DNA of 27,885 nucleotides from contig SDNY01000045.1 of assembly GCA_004524535.1 (NCBI GenBank), positions 1-27,885 on the forward strand. Direction: 5' to 3'. The position numbers and the translations under genes were made by a program. The notes beneath the pieces were generated by a model, which was not told the origin of the DNA, ran no database searches, and saw only the letters and a list, made by a program, of their open reading frames with translations. The DNA comes from Promethearchaeota archaeon (lineage in GTDB: Archaea > Asgardarchaeota > Lokiarchaeia > Sigyniarchaeales > SOKP01). Position 1 is the stretch's first letter. Each line of letters begins with the position of its first letter. Below, in pieces: positions 9,409-18,078 of this stretch.

Positions 9409-10146
9409 CTATAATAGATTGAGCCAAGCTGAATCGTCTTTTAATTGTTCATATTCATCAATATCTCCAAAATTTCCAATAAATTGTTCTTTTTCCATTT
9501 GAATAACTCGAACTTTCCAGTTTCTTTCTTTAATTCCAATTCTAATTGCTTCAGGGAGTTCTAATTCCCCTCTTTTAGACGGTTTTAAAGTTTTTACTAA
9601 ATCAAATATTTCCTTGGAAAATATGAAAACACCAGTATTATCAAGATTTGAGCTAGATGTTCCTTTTGGGGGCTTTTCAATAATATCTGAACAATAATTT
9701 CCTTCGCAATAAATAGCTGCACCTTTATAGGGATCATCTGTATAACTCGTTACGAGTAGAAAATCTTGCTCTTCTTCTTTGTACACATTGTATAAATCTC
9801 TATATACTTTATATGATACTAAAGTATCTCCCCATGTTAAGAAAAAATGTTGATTTGTTATTGAATTTTCGCAAAGTAATAGCGCTCCTCCTGTTCCATT
9901 TAACTCAATTTGTTCAATATATTCAATAGTAATATTCCAATTGCTTCCATCTTGAAAATAATCAATGATTTGTTCTTTAAGAAAACCTACTACTATAACA
10001 AAATCTTTAATACCAGCGGTTTTAATCCCGTTTATGATATATTCTAATAAAGGCTTTCCGTGGACTGGAATCATTGTTTTCTGGTATTTTTCAGTATAAG
10101 GACGCATGCGTTTTCCATATCCCGCACATAAAATGATTGCTTTCAA
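9409..10146 (-). CDS. Nucleotidyltransferase (NTP_transferase family), TTG start
   Basis: KAIILCAGYGKRMRP, NGTGGA, WGD, IEKP and SKRGELEL motifs; no beta-helix tail. Confidence 0.9.
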   Translation of the reverse strand: MKAIILCAGYGKRMRPYTEKYQKTMIPVHGKPLLEYIINGIKTAGIKDFVIVVGFLKEQIIDYFQDGSNWNITIEYIEQIELNGTGGALLLCENSITNQHFFLTWGDTLVSYKVYRDLYNVYKEEEQDFLLVTSYTDDPYKGAAIYCEGNYCSDIIEKPPKGTSSSNLDNTGVFIFSKEIFDLVKTLKPSKRGELELPEAIRIGIKERNWKVRVIQMEKEQFIGNFGDIDEYEQLKDDSAWLNLL

Positions 10147-10458
10147 AAGAAATCAGCTCTAATTTAAAATATGTTTTAATAATTAAAAATATCAAAAATT
10201 ATTAAATTTAAATTATTCAAATGTAATTGCTGAAAAACTATAAATCTTTATATCAAATTTGGCAATTGGAGGTATTTTACACTTTTTCAAGGTCAGAAAT
10301 TAACGCACTTTTTTCTAATATTTAAAAATAGTTGGAATAAAAAGAAATTTTTATGACAAAAAATATGTAGGATTTAGTTGATTAGAGATTAAAAATTCTA
10401 GCTGTAGAATTATAGGGAGAAATATTCGATTTAAATCAATATTATGAGAAATATACTT

Positions 10459-10626
10459 TCAATAGAAGTATTTTTCATCATATTCCTCTTCTTGATAATC
10501 ATCCCAATCGTCATATCCCTCGTCATCATCATAATCTACATTTTCCTCGTCATCAAAATCGTCTTCATCATCCCAATCTTTCTCATTCTTTTTTTTATTT
10601 GGTCCTGCACAAAATTTTAATACCAT
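10459..10626 (-). CDS. Acidic microprotein A (55 aa): basic leader plus D/E-aromatic tail
   Basis: Below the track cut-off. Translates to MVLKFCAGPNKKKNEKDWDDEDDFDDEENVDYDDDEGYDDWDDYQEEEYDEKYFY. Strong SD (GAGGAG) upstream of the ATG, mixed synonymous GAT/GAC and GAA/GAG codons, and a similar ORF at 20099-20254. Confidence 0.8.
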   Translation of the reverse strand: MVLKFCAGPNKKKNEKDWDDEDDFDDEENVDYDDDEGYDDWDDYQEEEYDEKYFY

Positions 10627-10705
10627 TTCTAACTCCTCAATCTTTTATTTATTTGAATAAGATTAGAAATAATTATTAATTCACTTATCAATAAATCTAA
10701 ACCTC

Positions 10706-10720
10706 TATTTAAATATTTTG
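10706..10720 (-). promoter_or_regulatory. Candidate BRE/TATA promoter of microprotein A
   Basis: Minus strand CAAAATA-TTTAAATA about 80 nt upstream of ATG 10626. The AT-rich background limits certainty. Confidence 0.4.
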
Positions 10721-11149
10721 TAACAAAATTTAAATAAAACAAGATTTAACTCTTAGATACGTATAGTTAAATAAAATTAATTTTGATATGTAATATCATT
10801 TTAAATTGAGAAGATTTAGCTCAAAGCATTTCAAATCTAAGAGATTTTCTCAAACATATCTGAAAACCCCTAAATATATCTCTTTATAAAATCTTTATCT
10901 TTTTCTAATGATATAATTAAAACATTTTATTTATTTAATACATATAAAATAAGATTTATACATATCTAATATGTTAAACTTTTAGAATATCTTATAAATA
11001 TTTGAAATAAATGCTGGAAAATAGATATTAAGATGAATTAAAAACACAAATTAGAAATAAGTTTGAATCAGTTTATTCTTTAATATCTAATTTAAAAGAA
11101 GTTTCCATTTGTACTTAGTAAATTATTTGAGATAATTCTTTTTGACATA

Positions 11150-12151
11150 TTAAATAATATTTAATCTTTGGAATAAACCAGTAACCAGAATCGGTAGTGC
11201 TATTGTAGCATCACACCAAACACTCACATACTGAGAATCTAGAGCATATTTTCCCCATGATTTAGATTCTGAAGTTGTACACCCTGAGAGACCTCCGTCA
11301 TATTCCGTTGCTGTATGAATACGAACAGAATACTTATAACCAGATTCAATTCCATGATCTCTTAGTTGTTCAAGATGCTCTAAATATGGAAAGATTTGTT
11401 GTGCCCAATTTCTTGGTACACCACCACCAACAATAAATAACCCAGCTTTCTTATGTGATTTTATAATTTCTGCAAATTTTTTAACATCCTCAAAAATGTT
11501 AAAATTAAATTCATAACCCTCCTTAATAGTGAATTTAACTAAATCTAATGCTAACTCAGAGTCGCTAAAAGCAGGTATAAAAACAGGGATATTATGTTTA
11601 GTAGCTAGGGAAAGAATACATTTTTTATCTATTTTATTTCCAATTAATTTTAGAAATTCAGAGGGAGAAATTTCTAACTTTTTATCCTTACATATTTGAT
11701 TTATTATCTCTAAAAGTTTATTCCTTGTTATTTTATAATTATCCTCAGGGAGAAATGTATCATATATTCTATTAATTTCAAGGTTATAGAGCTCATTATC
11801 ATCCACATTGGGGCTTCCTATATAATGTCCGATATTAACTATTGTGTCAATTAAATCATGAGTAATATTAGCACCTGTTGTAATCAACACATCAATAATA
11901 TTATGTTCGATTAATGAGCAAATTAATCCTCCCATACCTGCTGGAACCATTGCCCCAGAAAGGGCTAAAATTTTTAGACATTCTTTATCTGAAACCATTT
12001 TTTCAAGGATATCAAGTGCGTTCCCTAAATTTCTTCCTTGAAATCCACAGTATTTAAGATTTTCTAAAAGATCTTCTATATTTCTGATTTTATTCACATC
12101 GAAAGGAATAACTTTCTTTATTAAATAATCATCTTTAATATTAGGTCTCAT
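11150..12151 (-). CDS. dhs: Deoxyhypusine synthase family protein
   Basis: GFQGRNL, SGAMVPAG, TTGANITHD, PAFSDSE, GGGVPRN and DGGLSG...SWGK (catalytic Lys retained). Confidence 0.93.
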   Translation of the reverse strand: MRPNIKDDYLIKKVIPFDVNKIRNIEDLLENLKYCGFQGRNLGNALDILEKMVSDKECLKILALSGAMVPAGMGGLICSLIEHNIIDVLITTGANITHDLIDTIVNIGHYIGSPNVDDNELYNLEINRIYDTFLPEDNYKITRNKLLEIINQICKDKKLEISPSEFLKLIGNKIDKKCILSLATKHNIPVFIPAFSDSELALDLVKFTIKEGYEFNFNIFEDVKKFAEIIKSHKKAGLFIVGGGVPRNWAQQIFPYLEHLEQLRDHGIESGYKYSVRIHTATEYDGGLSGCTTSESKSWGKYALDSQYVSVWCDATIALPILVTGLFQRLNII

Positions 12152-12226
12152 ATAATAAGAAAATGTTTAAATAAATAAAATATTAATTATTATTATTAAA
12201 TTACATAATTTTAATTCTTCCAAAAT

Positions 12227-12775
12227 ATGTCATTAGTTCCTAAAGCGGTATGTTTTGTAAAGGGTAATGGTTTTCATAAATCTAAATTAGGTTCTTTTGA
12301 AAATGCTTTAAGATCTGCTGGTATTGCTAAATTTAATATAGTTAAAGTAAGTTCAATATTGCCCCCTTACTGTATTGAAATTCCACAAAAGGATGGATTA
12401 GCTCAACTTCGTGCTGGACAAGTAGTATATATTGTAATGAGTAGAGCGAGCAGTAATGAATTCAATCGTTTAATTTCCGCTTCTATAGGTGTTGCTAAAC
12501 CTGCTGACCAAAGAACATATGGTTATTTAAGTGAACATCATGCTTTTGGAGTAACACCCGATAAAGCAGGAGAATTTGCTGAAGATTTAGCAGCGGAAAT
12601 GTTAGCAACTACTTTAGGAATTCCATTTGATCCTGAAGCAAATTATGATGAGAAAAAAGAAATTTTTAGAATGGACGAAAAAATTGTTGAAACCAAGAAT
12701 ATAACTGAATCTGTAACTGTTAGAGAAGAAAATGAATGGGCTACGGTATTAGCAGCAGCCGTTTTTATAATTTAA
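12227..12775 (+). CDS. pdaD: Pyruvoyl-dependent arginine decarboxylase
   Basis: SFENALRSAGIAKFNIVKVSSILPP (Ser-Ser autocleavage site), YGYLSEHH and LAAEMLATTLG. Confidence 0.93.
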   Translation: MSLVPKAVCFVKGNGFHKSKLGSFENALRSAGIAKFNIVKVSSILPPYCIEIPQKDGLAQLRAGQVVYIVMSRASSNEFNRLISASIGVAKPADQRTYGYLSEHHAFGVTPDKAGEFAEDLAAEMLATTLGIPFDPEANYDEKKEIFRMDEKIVETKNITESVTVREENEWATVLAAAVFII

Positions 12776-12835
12776 ATTTGCATCCAAAATTTTTATTTGA
12801 TGGATTGATTTTTTTAGCAAAATTTAGGAAAATGG

Positions 12836-13945
12836 ATGATGAATGGCGAAATTGTCTTTTTTCAATTATTTGATGTTGGTCGATATATTGATCTAAATGA
12901 AATTCAATCTATTTTCCCGGGAATTAGAGATAAGAAAATTATTAAAACTAAAGATACTCCTGATTATATTATTATTCCCGAAACAATTCGGGTTGAAATT
13001 GAACAAGATATTATAGTAAAATCTAGTAATCTAAAGAATTTTAAAGCTCAGATAAAACTTTATGAAGATGGGGTAATTTCTTTTACTATAAGAATAGATT
13101 TTGTTGATTTACCGTTAGAACGTTTTCATTCTATTCGAAATACTGAGATAAATACGCCAGATGGCACATATAAAATTGAAAATTGGATTAAACTTCAATT
13201 TAGTAATTTTTATGAACTTTCTGGAGACTATATTGATTCATATTTTAACTCCTTAGATCATATTGAGTCCGAAAAATATACTTGTTTTTGTATAACAGAT
13301 GTTTTTAAAGACCCTAATGCATTTATTGGAGAAAATGAGAATTATTTAGCTCCATTTTTAATGGGAGAAAATCCTGAATTAGATCTTCATCAAAATCAGA
13401 TTAATAATACATTAAAAAATTCATTTTCTTTTTTAAAACAGGATATTGCTATTTTTGATTTTGATCGGTGTCTTATCTTTGATTCGACAAAAGATTATGA
13501 AGATCTCTTGCTTATTATAGAATTAGCAAATTTTCAGCGTTTAGAATTAAGAACGCTAGATCGCTTGTTAGATATACATTTGGATAGCGCAGAAGATGAT
13601 ATACGTAGTATTTTTATTAAAAGTCGATTATTTTTGAGAAGATTGAATAAAAAATTAGGCTATTTATTTAGAATAAGGTATGATTTTATCTTTATCTTTG
13701 AAAATTTAGAAAATGTCTCAAAAATCATTGGGGATTACTATTTAGCTCAAATTTATCGTCATTTGGGAAAAGTTTTCCGATTTAAACAATGGAGTGAAAG
13801 TATACGCAATAGAATGAGAATATTGGATGAGATATATACAACGGCAAAAGCTACTAAGACAGATAAATTAATAATTTACTTGGAAATTCTATTAGGTATT
13901 GTATTTACTCTGGAATTTATACTGTTTCTTCTAGGATTGTATTAA
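12836..13945 (+). CDS. RMD1/DUF155-like protein with single C-terminal TM helix
   Basis: FDVG...LYEDGVISF, LELRTLDRLLD, GDYYLAQIY...W...I.NRM..LDEIY, and terminal LEILLGIVFTLEFIL. Confidence 0.65.
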   Translation: MMNGEIVFFQLFDVGRYIDLNEIQSIFPGIRDKKIIKTKDTPDYIIIPETIRVEIEQDIIVKSSNLKNFKAQIKLYEDGVISFTIRIDFVDLPLERFHSIRNTEINTPDGTYKIENWIKLQFSNFYELSGDYIDSYFNSLDHIESEKYTCFCITDVFKDPNAFIGENENYLAPFLMGENPELDLHQNQINNTLKNSFSFLKQDIAIFDFDRCLIFDSTKDYEDLLLIIELANFQRLELRTLDRLLDIHLDSAEDDIRSIFIKSRLFLRRLNKKLGYLFRIRYDFIFIFENLENVSKIIGDYYLAQIYRHLGKVFRFKQWSESIRNRMRILDEIYTTAKATKTDKLIIYLEILLGIVFTLEFILFLLGLY

Positions 13946-14333
13946 AAAAATAAAGTATTTTTAAACTTCTTTTAAAAAGACTCTTCACGATATTCAGTAA
14001 TATAAAAGCAATATTATATTCGATATCGCTTAACATCATAATTATTCGTCAGGGAGCGAAAAAAACTAAATATTGCAGACATTTTAAAATCTACTTTTTA
14101 TTATATCTCCAATTATAATCTCAATTATTAACTCTCTTCCTCAAAAATTCAAAAAATTAGAATATCGTATAATAAATTAAATGAGACCTAATAAATTTTT
14201 GATTCAATTCTTTTGAAGAGAAAGGTTTAAATGCATGAATTAATTTATATAAGAATTGGGTATATTTGTTTTAATTAATAAGAACAAATTAATTAAAATA
14301 TGGGGTTATTAAATAAATTTTTAATAAGATAAA

Positions 14334-14759
14334 ATGATAAAAATATTTATTGTAGAAGATGACCTTCAATTAAGACTATTGTATGAAAAAGTCCTGAAAC
14401 AAGAGGGATTTGAGATAGTTGACACTGCTATAAATGGTCTTGAGGCTATTGAAAAATTTCATGATTTTGTCGTCAAACCCGATCTCATTTTAATGGATTA
14501 TATGATGCCGATAAAAGATGGTTTGGAAACAATGAAAGAGATTCTTGCCTTCGATGATAAAGCAAAAATAGTCATAATGAGTGTTGATAGAGATATTAAA
14601 GAGCAAGCATTAAGGAATGGTGCCATTGGATTCATCAACAAACCATTCTCATTTAGATATGTTTCCAACTATCTTAAGAAATTAATTAAATCTCAAAAAG
14701 AAAGAACAGATTTAAATAGAAAAAATCCCTTTAAACCAAGTTTAAATTATTGCTTTTAA
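14334..14759 (+). CDS. Single-domain response regulator (CheY-like receiver)
   Basis: IVEDD, PDLILMDYMMP.KDG, IMS and NKPF motifs. Confidence 0.93.
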   Translation: MIKIFIVEDDLQLRLLYEKVLKQEGFEIVDTAINGLEAIEKFHDFVVKPDLILMDYMMPIKDGLETMKEILAFDDKAKIVIMSVDRDIKEQALRNGAIGFINKPFSFRYVSNYLKKLIKSQKERTDLNRKNPFKPSLNYCF

Positions 14760-14801
14760 GATTGCTATAATGTTTTTCATATAAATTTCGGAAAATGACA
14801 G

Positions 14802-15371
14802 TTATTCCGGAAGGGAATGATTATACTTGTTTACATAAGCAAATTTGTTTAAAGACAATCTTCCAGGTCTTTTTAATTCAGTCATTTTCATAAGTTCTGT
14901 TAATTCAGGATTAAGGTTAATAGCTTTTTTACCAATAATAATGAGCGAAATAACTTTCATGTTGTTAGGAATTTCAAGTACTTCTTTTACGTATTGTTCA
15001 TTGAAACCTCCGATTGGATGGGCAACAAATCCTAATTCTGTAGCCCGTAATATTAGAAATGCTGTAGCTAATCCAGTATCAAATAAGTAATAAAGACGTT
15101 CTTTCATGACACAATCATATTCCAAACGGCTAAATACCGCTATTATCATTGATGCTCTCTTAATCCATTGATTACCAGGGATAGCACTTGAAAAAAGTTT
15201 CTTTAATTGATTCTTATCATAAACGAATATAAAACGCCAAGGTTGGGAATTTTTACAAGAAGGGGCTAATTGAGCACACTCTGCTAATTCAGTAATTAAA
15301 TCTTTATCTATTTGAATAGGGTCAAGAGACCGATAGCTTCTTCTCTGATATATTACATCTTTAACAGACAT
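14802..15371 (-). CDS. Nitroreductase family protein
   Basis: RRSYR, APSCKNSQPWRF, DTGLA...LRATELG and HPIGGF. Confidence 0.93.
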   Translation of the reverse strand: MSVKDVIYQRRSYRSLDPIQIDKDLITELAECAQLAPSCKNSQPWRFIFVYDKNQLKKLFSSAIPGNQWIKRASMIIAVFSRLEYDCVMKERLYYLFDTGLATAFLILRATELGFVAHPIGGFNEQYVKEVLEIPNNMKVISLIIIGKKAINLNPELTELMKMTELKRPGRLSLNKFAYVNKYNHSLPE

Positions 15372-15633
15372 TTTTAAACACCTTAAATCAAGATAATTTT
15401 ATTGGATTTAGGTTATTTAATTAATAAAATTAAGCAAAGAATTTCAATCTTCTCTTCTTGAAATATTTTAAATGTTTAAGCGGATAATAAATACTTAAAA
15501 AATTAGTTTCCTTTACATAAACTACCTTAAAAATCCAATATGTTTTCAATACTAAATTAGAGTTTTTTTGCATTCATAAAACTTCATAATCTATTTTTCT
15601 CAATATCTCAAAAAATATTTTTTTAACATCAAA

Positions 15634-16887
15634 TCAAAGAAAATCTTCTTTTACTTTTCCTTTAAAAGTGTATAAAATTATAATAATTCCAAGAACAATA
15701 AATAAAAGATTTATATCCCATATCATAATCAAAGCGATGAAAGGAAAAACTAATGCTCTTATCAACATACGAAACATATTTATAGTGCTTAAAAAAGTTG
15801 CCCGATTGTCCTCCTTTAATTGTTTATTAATACCATTTAGAAGGATTATATATCTAGAAAGGCCAAATCCAACAGTTATTAGAATTAATATAATGATAAT
15901 TGGAGCAAAAAATATAATTCCCATCAAAAAATACCCTATTCCAGGTATTATTGTATTTAAATAAAGAAGTCTTTTTTTATTTTTTACCTCTTTTTCTAAG
16001 GATGATAATAGATTTAAGAAAAAGGCTTGTATTAAAGTCAAAAATGCTTCAATAAATCCCAAATAAAGCAACGAAATATTTAATTCTTTTATTAAATAAT
16101 ATTGATAGCCTAAAACTAAAAAAATAACAAGTAATTCGATTACTATAAGATCGAATGTCAGAATCCTTAATATTTTATTTTCTTTAAATATAGATAATCC
16201 CGATTTTATTGAAGAAAAAAGTTTTTGTTTTTTATTAGTTGAAATTCCATGAGGCTCCTTTATTGTGAGAGAAATAAAGGTGCCTGTTATATAAGGAATA
16301 AACATTAATGTCATAACTAATGGTAAGGAATAATAAAATGCAATCAAGGCTCCTAGAGGGGCTGATATAACAATTCCCAATAAAAATAGGCCATTACTCT
16401 TTCCTATTACTCTCGAAAATTTTTTTTCTTTTCCTAAAACCTTCAGAGATTCATATACTAACGCCTCATTTGTACCTGACATTAAAGCAGTTCCTAATGC
16501 GAATAATGTTTCTCCTACAATAAATAATATTATATTAGGCATAATTCCGTAAATTAAAGCTCCTAAAGCGCTCGAAAGTCCAGCTAAAACTAAACACCAT
16601 TTCTTATTTAAACGATCTGCTATTAATCCGCATGGAATTTCAAAGAGAATTATCATTATTGTATAGTAACTCTGTAATAAAGCAAATTCAAAGAATGTTA
16701 GTCCTCCATAAATAAGAAAGAATGGGATTATAACTCCTGAGATTAAATAACATCCCATTAAAAAATGAAAAATATACATTTTTTTAATATTTGAGCTTAT
16801 TTTAAGTTTGTTTAACTCAATCTTCCCATTAATTTGATTTACATGTTTGCTTTCCAGTTCTTTCAATTTATACATTTTCATCACCAA
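15634..16887 (-). CDS. MFS transporter (exact start uncertain)
   Basis: About 12 hydrophobic segments; FEIPCGLIADRLNKK and SGTNEALVYESL motifs. Confidence 0.9.
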   Translation of the reverse strand: MVMKMYKLKELESKHVNQINGKIELNKLKISSNIKKMYIFHFLMGCYLISGVIIPFFLIYGGLTFFEFALLQSYYTIMIILFEIPCGLIADRLNKKWCLVLAGLSSALGALIYGIMPNIILFIVGETLFALGTALMSGTNEALVYESLKVLGKEKKFSRVIGKSNGLFLLGIVISAPLGALIAFYYSLPLVMTLMFIPYITGTFISLTIKEPHGISTNKKQKLFSSIKSGLSIFKENKILRILTFDLIVIELLVIFLVLGYQYYLIKELNISLLYLGFIEAFLTLIQAFFLNLLSSLEKEVKNKKRLLYLNTIIPGIGYFLMGIIFFAPIIIILILITVGFGLSRYIILLNGINKQLKEDNRATFLSTINMFRMLIRALVFPFIALIMIWDINLLFIVLGIIIILYTFKGKVKEDFL

Positions 16888-17564
16888 TTACGTTTTAGAT
16901 CACCTTTAATTAAAGATGGTTAAGAGTTTTTTATTAAATATTTAAGATGATAATATTCTATACAGATCTAATAATCCTTTTAAAATTTTAAATCAGTTAA
17001 AGGAAATTTATACTAATTCAAAATTGATTAAATCCATGATTAGGGGATCAATTCTTTTTTCCTTTATAGACTTGAAAATATATAAGACAAATGAAATGTT
17101 AAAAGACAATTATCAAGTATTAAGGAGGTGTATCTCTATTAGAACCAGATTTAATACATAAGAGGCATATTCAATTTCGTATGGAATTTTATTTTTCCAA
17201 TTGTAATTAGATATATACAATTTCATATTACATGCACCTATCTTAATATTACTATAATGAAAAAAGATCTTAATAAATTTATCTAATTATATATCGGATA
17301 ATATTGATTAAAATAAATAATTTTCTAAAAATATGATAATTTTTGCATTTTATATGATGGATTATTCAACATTATCGTCCTTCTGCAATTGTTTTCAATG
17401 ATTGATAATGATAACAAAAAAATATTCAAATATAATTGAATTGGAATAGATCTTGTACTATATTAATCTAAATTTAGCTACACAATTAAAGTTGAAAATA
17501 AAAATCAAAAAAAAGAAAAAAAAAAATAGTTCAATATTAGTTTTTTGTTATCTTATTAGGTATT

Positions 17565-18038
17565 TTAGATAATTATTGGCAAGGGGGGCACAAAATTATC
17601 TTGATTTTTAGAGATCCATGGTTGGCCGTTAGGTATAATATATTTATCAATAATCCCTTGACAGTTTTCTGCTCTGCATAAACATTTGAATGTCCATCGA
17701 TTATCCCAGTATCCCGGATCTTCATTTTCATGTACAATATTATAACTAATAGTTAATTCTTCGTTAAATCTTACAGATCGAAGAGTTACAACATCAAGAT
17801 TGTCATTAATTTTACAATTTGGATCACATGAATGATTCAAATAACGAGCATTTGTTATTGGTATGACCCATCTCTCCCTATCTATTAAAAGAGCATAATA
17901 AATTTCCTCAAGCGGGATTTCTTCCTTAAAAACAATTATTCCATTAAAATTTTCAACAATAATTCCCGCGGGTAAATCATATTGAGCAATTAAACATTTT
18001 CCATAGACACAATTATCAACTTTAGAGGGATATTCCAA
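17565..18038 (-). CDS. SET-domain protein-lysine methyltransferase with post-SET Zn motif
   Basis: RYLNHSCDPN, EELTISY and post-SET CLCRAENCQG. TTG start with GGTGA 7 nt upstream. Confidence 0.92.
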   Translation of the reverse strand: MEYPSKVDNCVYGKCLIAQYDLPAGIIVENFNGIIVFKEEIPLEEIYYALLIDRERWVIPITNARYLNHSCDPNCKINDNLDVVTLRSVRFNEELTISYNIVHENEDPGYWDNRWTFKCLCRAENCQGIIDKYIIPNGQPWISKNQDNFVPPLPIII

Positions 18039-18078
18039 GAAATATTCACCAATTCCATTTGAAATAAGTATTGGTTTA

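Noticed and set aside
10671-10681. 11-mer AATTATTAATT present upstream of both microprotein genes (also 20276-20286)
   Set aside because: A/T-only word in very AT-rich intergenic DNA; not significant without statistics.
10627-11149. Long AT-rich gap as possible replication origin or ncRNA
   Set aside because: No ORB-like G-string repeats, no adjacent cdc6/orc1, and no GC-rich stems.
17113-17226. 37-aa minus-strand ORF (MKLYISNYNWKNKIPYEIEYASYVLNLVLIEIHLLNT) with AGGTG upstream, in the gap after SET
   Set aside because: Short, with no motif or paralogue; could easily arise by chance in AT-rich DNA.
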